In this document: positions 51,905 through 62,804 of the stretch, in pieces
Position numbering within the stretch: the first letter of the stretch is position 1
How the letters are laid out: every line of letters begins with the position of its first letter
DNA from: Stegostoma tigrinum
Taxonomy: Eukaryota
DNA: 64,000 nucleotides
NCBI RefSeq assembly: GCF_030684315.1
Contig: NC_081361.1
Coordinates: 62,603,553 to 62,667,552 of the forward strand
Direction: 5' to 3'
The notes under the pieces: model-generated
What the model was told of the DNA's origin: nothing
The model's input: only the letters and a program-made list of their open reading frames with translations
The model's database searches: none
Made by a program: the position numbers and the translations under genes

Positions 51905-52345
51905 CTGTGGCATCTGTCAACATCTTGACATTGTTCCAGCTGTAATAATTAAGGTAGTAACTAACTTTTCCAGTATCGGTTAAGACATTGGTAGCTATGC
52001 TACAACGTGGAAAACTGCCCCAGGTATTTCCTGTCTACAGAAAGGACAAATCCAAACTGGTTAATTGCAGTCCCAACTGCAGTCTATTCTTAATCATCAT
52101 CAAAGTGATGGAGTGGTCAGTGACTACTATTAAGCCACATTTACTCAGAAAAAAGCCAGGGGCACACAGCTTTAGACTTCTTTCTAGCCTCAATTAAAAA
52201 TGGACAAAAGCAAGAGAGGTGAGCGTGATCGTCCTTGACATCAAGGCAACATTTAACTGAATATAATCAGAAAATATTAACAAAATTGAACTCAATGGAA
52301 ATTGGAGGAAATCTTCAAGTCATTGGAATCATAACTTGAACAAAG
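51905..52345 (+). mobile_element. Old L2/CR1-group RT remnant
   Basis: WKTAQVFPV..KDKSKLVN..P..L..IIIKVME motif across a frameshift. Confidence 0.6.
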
Positions 52346-52364
52346 ACATTAGTTCCCCAGGACA

Positions 52365-52745
52365 GATTTTTTTTTCAATTCAGCCCGTTCTCACACACCC
52401 TGAGAGCAGGCAGGAATTGAACTGGGCCTCCTGGCTCAGATTCAGGGACACCACCACTGTCTCGTAATAGCCCTGAGTTTCCTCAGGGTAGATATTTTAA
52501 TCAGCCTGTTCAGGAATGTTATAACACACCTCATGACCAGGTGGGACTTGAACTCAGGCTGCATAGACCAGAGGTAGGGACACTACCACTACACCAGAAG
52601 AGCCCTAGTTCATCAGGATAAATATTTCCAATTGATCTGTTCCGATATGTTATTACACACCTGCGGTTGTGTGTGTGTATGTGTGCGGGAGGACAGTGGT
52701 GTTGATGCTTGAACCCAGTTCTACAGGATAGCGCCCCAGCTCCAA
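52365..52745 (-). repeat. Tandem array (~132-bp period, 2 full + 1 partial units) of a short tRNA-derived element
   Basis: Minus-strand units carry A box TGGTGTAGTGG and B box GAGTTCAAGTCC. Unit anchors AGCCCT at 52469 and 52601. Confidence 0.7.
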
Positions 52746-53399
52746 TCATTTTGAGTTACTTCAATAATGATCTTCCGTCAGAAGTGGAGATTTCGTAGAT
52801 TGAATGTATACAATCATTCCCAACCCGTCAGATTCTAAAGCAGTCCATGTCCAACATTTTTTAAAAAACGTCCATATTAAAAAGTTATTTTTCCAGGACT
52901 GGAACATCATTGGTGTCTCCATAATACATGCTCCAGGAAAGGTGAGCATCCTCAGGGCATTTGAGAAAAAATGGTATTAAAGTTCAGAAAAAAAGTTTAA
53001 AATCACCGTTTGAAAGGTATTGTCTGTGTTTGCGAGGTCTATGATTGAAGGGCCGTTGACATGTGAGAAGCATTCGAGCTCGTCTTATGTTTAATCGGTC
53101 AGGATTTGGACAGAAAGTTGCTGCACTTGCACTCTTGTGAACCTGGTTCTGGTCTGACCCGTGCGCGGGTAACACGTTTCACGCCTGGTTCAAATATCAC
53201 ATTCATACTTCTGAAATATGTGTTCCAAGTTTACATTGGTGTCGCTTCACAGCGGAGTTTTGCGCCGAATTTAGTCGGGGTATGTGTCCTGCGACTGCTG
53301 TACACACGCAGTGATTTGCAGGATACCATCTTGAATAGGTTCTGAGCTGAGCTATGTCAGGCATGGTTGAATTTGCTCCTGCAGTGACAGCTGCCTGCA

Positions 53400-54800
53400 G
53401 TCAGCGATGCTGAGGGGACTGACATACATCGGGCGGTTTAGCCAATTCGGTCATTTTCGATTGATGCGGTTGAATTCACAAGAGCTGGGGTTGGAGAACG
53501 GTGTGCGTTAGACAGGTGGCCGAAAGCCGAGCAGCTTCTCAAAGTTGACGAGCCTGGGAACCTCCCCGCCATGAGGGCAAAGCGCCTGGAAACCCTCCAG
53601 TTCTGACACACCAAAGGCCCCGACTAGAAACCTCTGCTCTGACCTTCGCACACAAAATGCAAATCAACGGGTTCAGAAGCGGCGTGGAGGTGGGCATTGG
53701 CTCGTTTAACTTGGGTTGCACAATTTGAAAATATGCCCACTGTCCGTTAGTGGAAACCCGTCAGCTCGAAATCTGGAGGAGGTGGCTTTGCAGAGGTGAA
53801 CGTGAGAGCAGAGCCCGAGCTCAGCGACTGCAGAAAGCTCTGAGCTCGACTCCGCGCACAGTGCCGCACTCCCAGCTCCAGACCGTGCCTTCCATTTCCG
53901 TTACGACGCACAGTGTGGGCGGCACTGCCAGAAGCCAAGAAGCGCTCATTTTTAAAATTTGATGATGTCAATAATTTTTTTTCAAAACTGCTCTCAGCGA
54001 TCGGCAATTGCGGAACCGCCACTATTTTCATTAGGAAAACGGGAACGTTCTCTTGCTCCCAGAATAAACTGCAGGAACCGTGGAGCTGGGTCAAAAGGAC
54101 GACTTCAAATGTGAACATATGCGCGTTAGCTGTAACAGCAAGTTACTTTTCAGTTTTGCAGGATCGCAATGATCGGCAGCTGCCTTCCGAGTCCCGGACG
54201 GGAGATGTCAAAGCTGACGGACACACTTTCTTCGAATCGAGCGGCTTTTTCGGAGTATTTCTGCAACTCAATTTGACTGAATGAGTAAGTGGAACCAAAA
54301 AAAGGAAACGTACGAACCAGCCGGAGTTTACTGCTGAGAGCAGCCTTTCATTTACAGTGAAGTAACAGTTGCAAAATGGGCGGGAAAAGTGCAAAACATT
54401 CGAATATTGCATCTCTATCGGTATACAGTAACTGATTCAACTGTTACATTTTCTGAAACTGTCCTGGGATTTTTTTTACAGTCGTGAAGGTGAAATATTA
54501 AATATCCACGCCGTGGCTGATGAGATGTTAATCGTAATTTAATTTTTATGCTTTGGGGTACCATGGCAAAATCACTTGAAACTGTTAACTTTGAGATAGC
54601 CAAGCTATCATTGGACTTGTATCACGTGTATTATATTGATGAGAGAAAGGGGCGGACCAGGCAACGTCATTACTAGGATCACACATCAATTACTCTAGTT
54701 TAGTAAATACTATACTACAGAGCGGGACGAGATTCTTCATCTCACTATACCTATTGGCCGTCTGTGCTTATCGGATTTCGACATTTTTGAAGTATTAATA
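53400..54800 (+). promoter_or_regulatory. CDKN2C promoter / 5' region, CpG-rich, with E2F, CCAAT, GC-box and CHR-like motifs
   Basis: GGCGGGAAAA at 54379-54388; GGGGCGG at 54649-54655; ATTGG at 53696, 54610 and 54753; TTTGAA at 53724 and 54786; CACGTG at 54623; many retained CpGs. Confidence 0.6.
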
Positions 54801-54938
54801 ATGGAAACAGCTGATGGATCAGACGGTGATAAATTAACAAGCGCTGCAGCCAAAGGAGACTCGAAAGAAGTCAACATTTTGCTAGAAAACGGGGTGAAAG
54901 TGGGTGCAATCAACAAGTTTGGCAGAACTGCACTTCAG
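54801..54938 (+). CDS. CDKN2C: Cyclin-dependent kinase 4 inhibitor C (p18-INK4c), coding exon 1
   Basis: METADGSDGDKLTSAAAKGD...NKFGRTALQ (46 codons) followed by donor GTCAGT. Has the INK4 ankyrin-repeat-1 motif and the conserved FGRTALQ|VM intron position. Confidence 0.92.
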
Positions 54939-57112
54939 GTCAGTGTTTTTTTCTATTCCGTATATTGCATTTCCATATCTAAAGTAAAATCTGTCCTACA
55001 TGTATTTTTTTTCTAAAGGAAGTCCACCTCCTTTTTGTCAATATATGTCAGAATAAATCAGGCATCAGTAGGTATAGTAACTGACGCATTGCTTAAAAAG
55101 CCATAAGCCATTGAATTTCATAACACCTTTGTTAAAACAAATGCATACTGCTTTGATAACAATGTTACTTAACTATACGATTCTCTGCAAGCATCTTTTG
55201 GGACAATGTGGTTCCCCTTCAGGTAACATTCACAGAAATAAAATAACGTTTTCGGTTGTATGAGGCTTACAGAAGTGCAGAAAGATTGCAACGTGGACTG
55301 TCTTCGACAGAACGTTTAATTTTGTAGTGTACATCATTCAGAAGTATGCAATGTGTCAGATTGTTACATTCACCGGTTTTCAAACAACTGAAGCAGTGAC
55401 AAAAATACAACACTGTGGGAACGACACTTGATTGAAAGCTTTTTTGCACACAAGTTACCTTGTTACGTAACCAATAAAGCTGATGATTAACAATTAATTT
55501 TACTATGAACAAATGCATTTTAGTGCCAATCGGTGAATTATATTTTTACAAAACTTACCTTTTTTTAAGATGTGGCAAATAATTATTGTCCTATGCGAAT
55601 TTAATGTAGGACGAATTGCACATAATGTATCATTATGGCTTTACATGCCTTTCCCCAGACCTTAAGAACGAATAAAACAAATTACATGAATAGCGTTCCA
55701 ATAGAATTAAATTTTAGATTAGTTTTATTCATTCAGGATTGTGGCAACTATTAGGTAACCCTGGATGCTAAAAATGATTTGAAAGCAGAATAAGTAAACA
55801 GTTTACTACAATGATACAAAATACTGTTTAGAATAAATTGGTTATTTTGCTTAAATGCGTTCATGAAGAACTTAACAAATGTACAAAAAAAACCGATATC
55901 ATTTTCAGCCGAGGTTTAAACAGGGTCAGTCCGATGAATAGTACATATTGACGAGAACCTGTTGAGGCCCTAAGTTTCAAATTGTGCATAATGCTTATTG
56001 CTTCATTAAGTCAATCATAATTAGATGAATACACTGTGATTCGGTGATCGAACAAAATGAAGCTCGAGAAGTACATGATTAAGTGACTATGTTTTTATTT
56101 TGAAAGGTGTACTCGACTGTTCGTTCAGTACTTCATTTCAAATGGCATTTTAATATTGAATAGAATGACAGCAAAATTACTACTTTATATTTTCAAGTGA
56201 CTACCATTAGTTTGACGCTTGGTGCTTGATTTTCGAAAAGCCAATATAAGCCCACATTCAAAATCACAGTAAATAAATAATATACTCTGTAACGTTCATA
56301 TTTTAACTGCTGTTTAACGACTTTTAAAATCCTCCATTCAAATTACCTAACACTTCTTATAAAATATGGTACCAGCTCCAATTTATGATCCAAAATAATG
56401 GATTTCCTCTTGCATAATGTAAATATTATTGTTTCAGAAAATGTGATAATTTTTGCCCTTTCTTATATTTAAATGTTATGAAAATAGATGTTCATGATGT
56501 GTTTATGCATCACTGTCTTGCCTCTCGAAACTCCATGTGGTTTACCTCGAATCGCGTTTTAACTGTGCAGTGAAAAATACAATGCCGTAACGAGACATTG
56601 TGGTTCAAAAGAATAAAACGTTTATTGCTTCTATAGACAGATAGAAAATACCAAAACAATAAAACCTCGTTTTATTTCGTATCGATATCTGGTGGTTGAA
56701 ATAAACACTTTGTTTTGAAAAGTGTTCAGATAAAATGTAAAAACAACGTAGTTCAATCGGTGTTCATTGCTGAAAGACCGACATAGAGAAAAGTCTTCAC
56801 GAATTCGTTCAATTAAATGTTAGTTGGAAATGTTGAAGATGCAGCAGCTGGGTTCATTCTGTATTCCCTACAAAACAAATGCCATGAGTAAATGTGATTA
56901 TATGTTTTCACTTTGCATAGTTAACCGAGTTGAACTTGTCTTTTTTCACATTTTAAAATGGCACTTGAAAAGTCTAAACTGTTAGTCTGGCCGTGCAACC
57001 TTGAACCTTACAATTGTTAACATTTGATTTTTAGTTGCGTATGTTAGTACAATCTTGAATTTCACCTTTTATTTCTTTCACACACTTCGCGTCCACGTTT
57101 CTATATTTCCAG

Positions 57113-57460
57113 GTGATGCAAATGGGTCATACTATAATAGCCAAGTCACTATTGAAAGCTGGAGCTAAACCAAACGAACAGGATCGCAGTGGATTCACAC
57201 CAGCTCATGATGCAGCTAGGGAAGGATTTCTGGACACTTTGATAACTTTGGTGGACTTTGGGGCAAATGTAAATATTGAAAATTCTGAGGGCAATTTGCC
57301 CATTCATCTTGCTGCACAGGAAGGTCACACCGATGTGATTATATTTTTGGCTAAAAAATCAAACTTAACACACAAAAATAAAAAGGGACAAACTCCGTAT
57401 GAGCTGGCTCAGATGTACAAAAGGACGGAGACAGTGCAATGGATGGAACAAAATTTATAG
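57113..57460 (+). CDS. CDKN2C: p18-INK4c coding exon 2 (ankyrin repeats, to stop)
   Basis: Polypyrimidine tract and ccAG acceptor, then VMQMG...[12 protein letters not shown]...[19 protein letters not shown]...EQNL*. Resembles human p18 (HDAARAGFLDTL, NIEDNEGNLPLHLAAKEGH). Adjacency to FAF1 supports CDKN2C over other INK4 paralogues. Confidence 0.92.
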   Translation: MMQMGHTIIAKSLLKAGAKPNEQDRSGFTPAHDAAREGFLDTLITLVDFGANVNIENSEGNLPIHLAAQEGHTDVIIFLAKKSNLTHKNKKGQTPYELAQMYKRTETVQWMEQNL

Positions 57461-58237
57461 CAAACTAATAAGCGAGTATAGTCTTTTGTATTTATTGTAT
57501 TTGTCAGCTAACATATGTAGATTTGTTTATTGGTTTCCAATGTTTGTATTTCCATATAAATAGTCTTTTATTTTCTAGTATGTGTTTAATGTGTGTATGT
57601 ATGTGTTGGCAAGAGTGGCGCAGTGGGGACTGAATGCTTTTTAAAAACATTTATATTTTTCATGATATCGTGCTAAATTCGCTTTGTATGTTGCAAATTA
57701 ATGTTAAAATTAAATCTCGCAAGTGTTATTGTTTAGTGTTCCATTGATACACAAGATTCCGTCTTTTAAGGACATTGCGTCGTTAAACAATGTGCCATAT
57801 TTGACTTTATTATATTAAGCAATGAAGCTAACAAGAAGGATAATGTCCAATGATTCCATTAGTCGCTTGAGACCATGTCCTGCGTCTTTATGCAGCTGTT
57901 GAAAATTTGCCCTTTGTAGGGAACAGAGATGTGTTAATATTCATAAAACGACGCTGTTTCCGTAGAATGCGATACTTCTTATTTTGTTTATTTGAATTTG
58001 TTTATCTTTTATTTTCAGTGGACGGGTATGGAAACGTTGCTTCCTGCCTGTCGTCTTAAGTGAAAACAGACAAATGTAGCTGATAAACATTATTTAACAG
58101 GTTTTGATTGTTTTAATGAAAATTTAAATTATAAGCTTTTCATTTACTCGATGTAAATATTGCATTGCTTTCGTGGTGTTGAAATGTATCAAAATAGATT
58201 ATATAATTTATAAACTGTTTAACTGTTCTTTTGTTCC

Positions 58238-58243
58238 AATAAA
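58238..58243 (+). terminator. Candidate polyadenylation signal of CDKN2C
   Basis: AATAAA ~780 nt after the stop codon, followed by T/GT-rich sequence. Confidence 0.5.
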
Positions 58244-61200
58244 TACTTCCTTGTAATTGTTAAAAATGTATTTATTTTAATGCTGTGAATGGCGTTGTGT
58301 TTCGTGAATTAATTTATTTTATTATCGAGATAGTTAACATAAAAGGTACCATTCAGCATTTAGCCCTTTCTACAAATCGCATCGTGTAATAATTGGTGTT
58401 TAATAATAGATCTGAATAATAGACGGTGTCATACAAAAGGAATTGTGGATGGAATAAAAATATGTTCATCTTGATGGCTCTTCAGTAATTTGTTAACATA
58501 ATTAACACATCGTGTGCGCTTTTCCTCACATACTAATTTTGTTATAACTGCAACTTTCCGTATTTTTTTTTGTCCAAGGTCCAGCCTTATTCGTGACCAA
58601 TATTTTTTACCGAAAAAGCTACAGCTTGAAAACAGAGATGGAAATATTTTCCACATTAGAAATTCAAACCATACGGCATTATGTTTCAAACAAACCAACA
58701 TTTTGATATTCAAATGTGGCTTGTCTCAGACTATTTTTAAAATCGAAAATAACCTTTGTTAACAAAATAATTACATCTTTCTAGCGTAACAAATAAATAT
58801 TTTAACGAAAGATCTTAAACAATGGCTTTTACTAAAAGCTGGAGTTATGTCACTAAGTGACAAAGTTCCCCCATTTCAACTGTCAATGTTTAAAGAAGAC
58901 GATTAAGTGGTGTTCAAGCTAGTATCTAAATAATTCCACAAATGCTGCAACGTAACTTGGTTTGCCTTAGCGAATGCAAAAATATAAAAATATAAACCCA
59001 TCCATCATTTAGATGAAAAATTGAAAGGTTTAATTGTTCCTTTCGTATTGTATCACGTGCATGCAACAAACAATATTGAGTGAAATCACGGCCTGTGCCT
59101 ATCTTTTTATCGCAGTCTGTTCAAACTACAGTATTTATTTCGCACAAAAATGTAAGTTTGTTGAATGTAACTTTACGAGGAAACAAAAACTGTAATATCA
59201 TAATTGAAGCATTTTGGGGGAAACCCGAAACTTTTCGTTTGTAATTAAACACGTGGGAGAAAAGGGTTGTTGGTACTTCTGTGAGAAATGGAAAGGTAAA
59301 TTCATCATCGCACTGTGTCAGTGAAAGTGATCCGAAAAGTGGAAACATGAAAACTGTTGCAATATGAAAACGGAGAACATGGTGACATGCCTGCGCAACG
59401 TCAATCAACGGAGGCCCTTCTTTCGGTAGAAAAAAGCAACATTCCAAACTAATGGTGCCACTTCTGCAATTTGCCTCAAGTTTCTCAACCTATTACACTT
59501 CAAATAAAAAAAATCTCGTTGGTTTTGTTTTTGAAAAGTAACTAAATAAATCCGAAAAACCGTTACAATTTGCGCCGAGTTTATTTTCCCTTTTGTTGTC
59601 TTGTTTGAACATTTCAAATATTTTTTTCCCGCCGCCCACTCGGATCGTCAATTCTCCACTTTAAATGTTTGATTTTTTCGGTGCACTTTTCGGAAGCTTT
59701 TATTGCAAAATTTGATTTCGAAAAAACGTTGAAATGGGGAGGGAGTGGGGGGGGGGCGGTGGTTTGGGGAGAAGGGAGTGCGTCAAATTTCACCACACCT
59801 CCCGGCGTCCTACGTGAACGTTGTGCTTCCTGTTACAGAAGTGTTCACAAAACAACGCTATGTTAACACTTCTTACAAAATAAGATTTTGGGCGACTTAT
59901 TGACAAATGTTCACAAGGTGCTGAATCCTCTGTATAAAAACCGCTTGTCTCAGCGCTGGGCGAGTGAGGTGACGTTTCGAATGCAAGGAGTCAGGTTGAA
60001 ACCCTGTCACTTCAAAGTGAAGGGAATACTTGAATATCACCGTCAATACGGAAAGCATCGCAGAAGTGCTCGCTGCAAGAGAACAACTGGTGGACAGCTC
60101 AAAAAATACTCCAGTGAGAGAAACCTACCCCGACTTCCTCTCCCACTTGGCCGTTCCGTCAGCACAGAAAAAAAAGCACAAATGCAGGTTTGTAATTACA
60201 AGACCAAGTAAACAAGTATTAGAAGCACTGAGGCTCTCAGACATCCGCTCTAACCCTGATTTTAAACCCAATGGATGCTGATTTTCTCGAGAGCTGTGGG
60301 AATATCCATGTTAACTTTGCAACACTTGTCAAGTCTGTTAACCATTTGTGGCTAATCTGTGTGCGACAACATCGCACAGCTAATTTAAATATACAAATTT
60401 AAAAGAAGACGTACGATATCTTTTACAAGTGTTCGCAGGGAGAGTGCAAGCATGTGCATTCTGACTATTTTTGGAGGTTGGACAAAAACAGAGAGCAGTT
60501 TCAATGTTTGCTTTTATTGGTTGCCACAAGTAAGACTGCCAGATTTCACCATGAGGTGTGTGTGCCTGGGTTACAGTGGTGGGGGTGGTGGAGGTGGATG
60601 CTGGAGGGCCAGAAATCCCCGTTAGTTTGACTGATTGGAATGTTCTCTCCAGACTAGGAGAATCAACCAACAGCAATTTGGATGAGGAACATCTCTGAAT
60701 CGTGAGGCGGGTGGCGCTCTTCTTGCTAACATTCTTATGTTTTTTAAAGTATTCCTAACTGCTAGAAAATTGCAAACTTTGTGAAAAGAGGCGCGCAACT
60801 TTTTGCAATAGTTATTGGTAGGTGTTAACCAAATATATACGCATTTACTCGCGCGCAAAGAATTTTCCACGAAAAGTACTCTGTGATTTATAAATTCATT
60901 CGAGGTAAGACTGAATGTCAGGGCGCCCACTGAGGAAGGGTCTCTGGACGCGTAAGGTTAATTTTGCTTTCTCTCTACTGATGCTGCCAGACTTGCTGAG
61001 TTTTTCTGTTTCTGATTTCCAGCATCCGCAATTTTTTTTTAACTGAAACTCCCTGTTGAGCGCCACACAATCCTGACGTTGTCAAAAACGCAAAGCGAAT
61101 TGAAAAGAGAGGACGGGTGAGAGCAAGTGGGCAGCCTGCACAGCTCCATGAACCAAGTGTTGAAGTTGTGAGAAGCTCATCAATAGGCCTCAGCGAAGCA

Positions 61201-61952
61201 AACTTAAACTTTTAAAAGTCAGGAATGGGCAACAGTTCTTCTCTGGGGCATGTTCAGGCCGATTGTCGCCAGGAGAGCAAATGTATCCACTGGCCAACAG
61301 ATGTGAGAAATGAAGAACAGCTCAACCAATGGCATAGAGGTGCCACTGCTGTACTGGTAAGTGTGTAATTTTGAGTAGTGAGTTAGAGGACTTCTGAGGA
61401 GAGGTGAGATTGCACTTGGACAACAAAGGCTGACAGGGGAAACTCTAGTGAACAAATGAGTCTGATGAAGAAGTGGAAATTAGGAGCAGGCTGCCCTGAC
61501 ACTTGGAATGTATAACTTGAGGAGCAGCTGCAGTAGACACCACCTACAGGTTATGGGGCAGTAAAGCAAAAATAAGGAGGGGCTGCAAAGGGAGGAAGAC
61601 GCTGCCCTTGACATTTAGTCACCCTTCGAAGAGTCAATGATCTGCATAGGACAGAATGCAAGATATTGCACCTAATTGGCATTTAGTTTGCATTCTGGTC
61701 CTCAAAGACCTGGGACTGGAAGGATCCTGTGAAAGCCCCTTAACCTGCAGCCACCAAGGTCACCATTGCCATGACATTTTAAGTTTCTGGACTGTTCAGG
61801 GATCAGTTATAAATCTGGGCAGTGAAGAGAAGGGATCTGTTCACCGTCAGGTCAGATTATCCAAAGTTGCTGGAATATGACCAGTGTGTGTACTAAAACT
61901 TAGAAGAAGCATTTTGTCAAGGTGAGGCAGAAACTGGGAAGATAGAAGTACT

Positions 61953-62734
61953 TTCCATATTAAGCAGAGGCTCACCTGCACATCTGCCAATGTGGTATAC
62001 TGTATCCATTGTACCTGGTGTGTCTACATTGGGGAAACCAAGCGGAGGCTTCGGGACCACTTTGCAGAACACCGCCGCTCGGTTCGCAATAAACAACTAC
62101 ACCTCCCAGTCGCAAACCATTTCCACTCCCCCTCCCATTCTTCAGATGACATGTCCAGCGTGGGCCTCCTGCACTGCCACAATGATGCCACCTGAAGGTT
62201 GCAGGAACAGCAACTCATATTCCACTTGGGAATCCTGCAGCCCAATGGTATCAATGTGGACTTCACCAGCTTCAAAATCTCCCCTTCCCCCACCGCGTCC
62301 CAAAACCAGCCCAGTTCGTCCCCTCCCCCCACTGCATCTCACAACCAGCCCAGCTCTTCCCCTCCACCCACTGCATCCCCAAACCAGTCCAGCCGGTCTC
62401 TGCTTCCCTCACCTGTTCTTCCTCTCACCCATCCCTTCCTCCCACCCCAAGCCACACCTCCATATCCTACCTACTAACCTCATCCCACCTCTGTGACCTG
62501 TCCGTCTTCCCTGGACTGACCTATCCTCTCTCTACCTCCCCATCTATATTCTCCTCTCCACCTATCTTCTTTTCTCTCCATCTTCGGTCCGCCTCCCCGT
62601 CCCTCCCTATCTATTCCAGAACCCTCACCCCATCCCCCTCTCTGATGAGAGGTCTAGGCCCGAAACATCAGCTTTTGTGCTGCTGAGATGCTGCTTGGCC
62701 TGCTGTGTTCATCCAGCCTCACATTTTATCATCC
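61953..62734 (+). mobile_element. Neptune-type PLE, 5'-truncated, 14-bp TSD
   Basis: VYCIHCTWCVYIGETKRRLRDHFAEH with an in-frame stop. TSD AAGATAGAAGTACT at 61939-61952 and 62735-62748. Confidence 0.9.
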
Positions 62735-62804
62735 AAGATAGAAGTACTGCTGCTTTTCCATTTCAGACAAAAACCTGGTCAGCAGGTGGAGGTACTCTCA
62801 GTGT

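Noticed and set aside
54939-55016. C-terminal extension VSVFFYS... of the 71-aa ORF
   Set aside because: Intron read-through past the GTCAGT donor.
59888-60281. Short ORFs downstream of CDKN2C as a protein-coding gene
   Set aside because: No recognisable homology, non-ATG starts in the track, and an in-frame stop just upstream of the 60030 frame.
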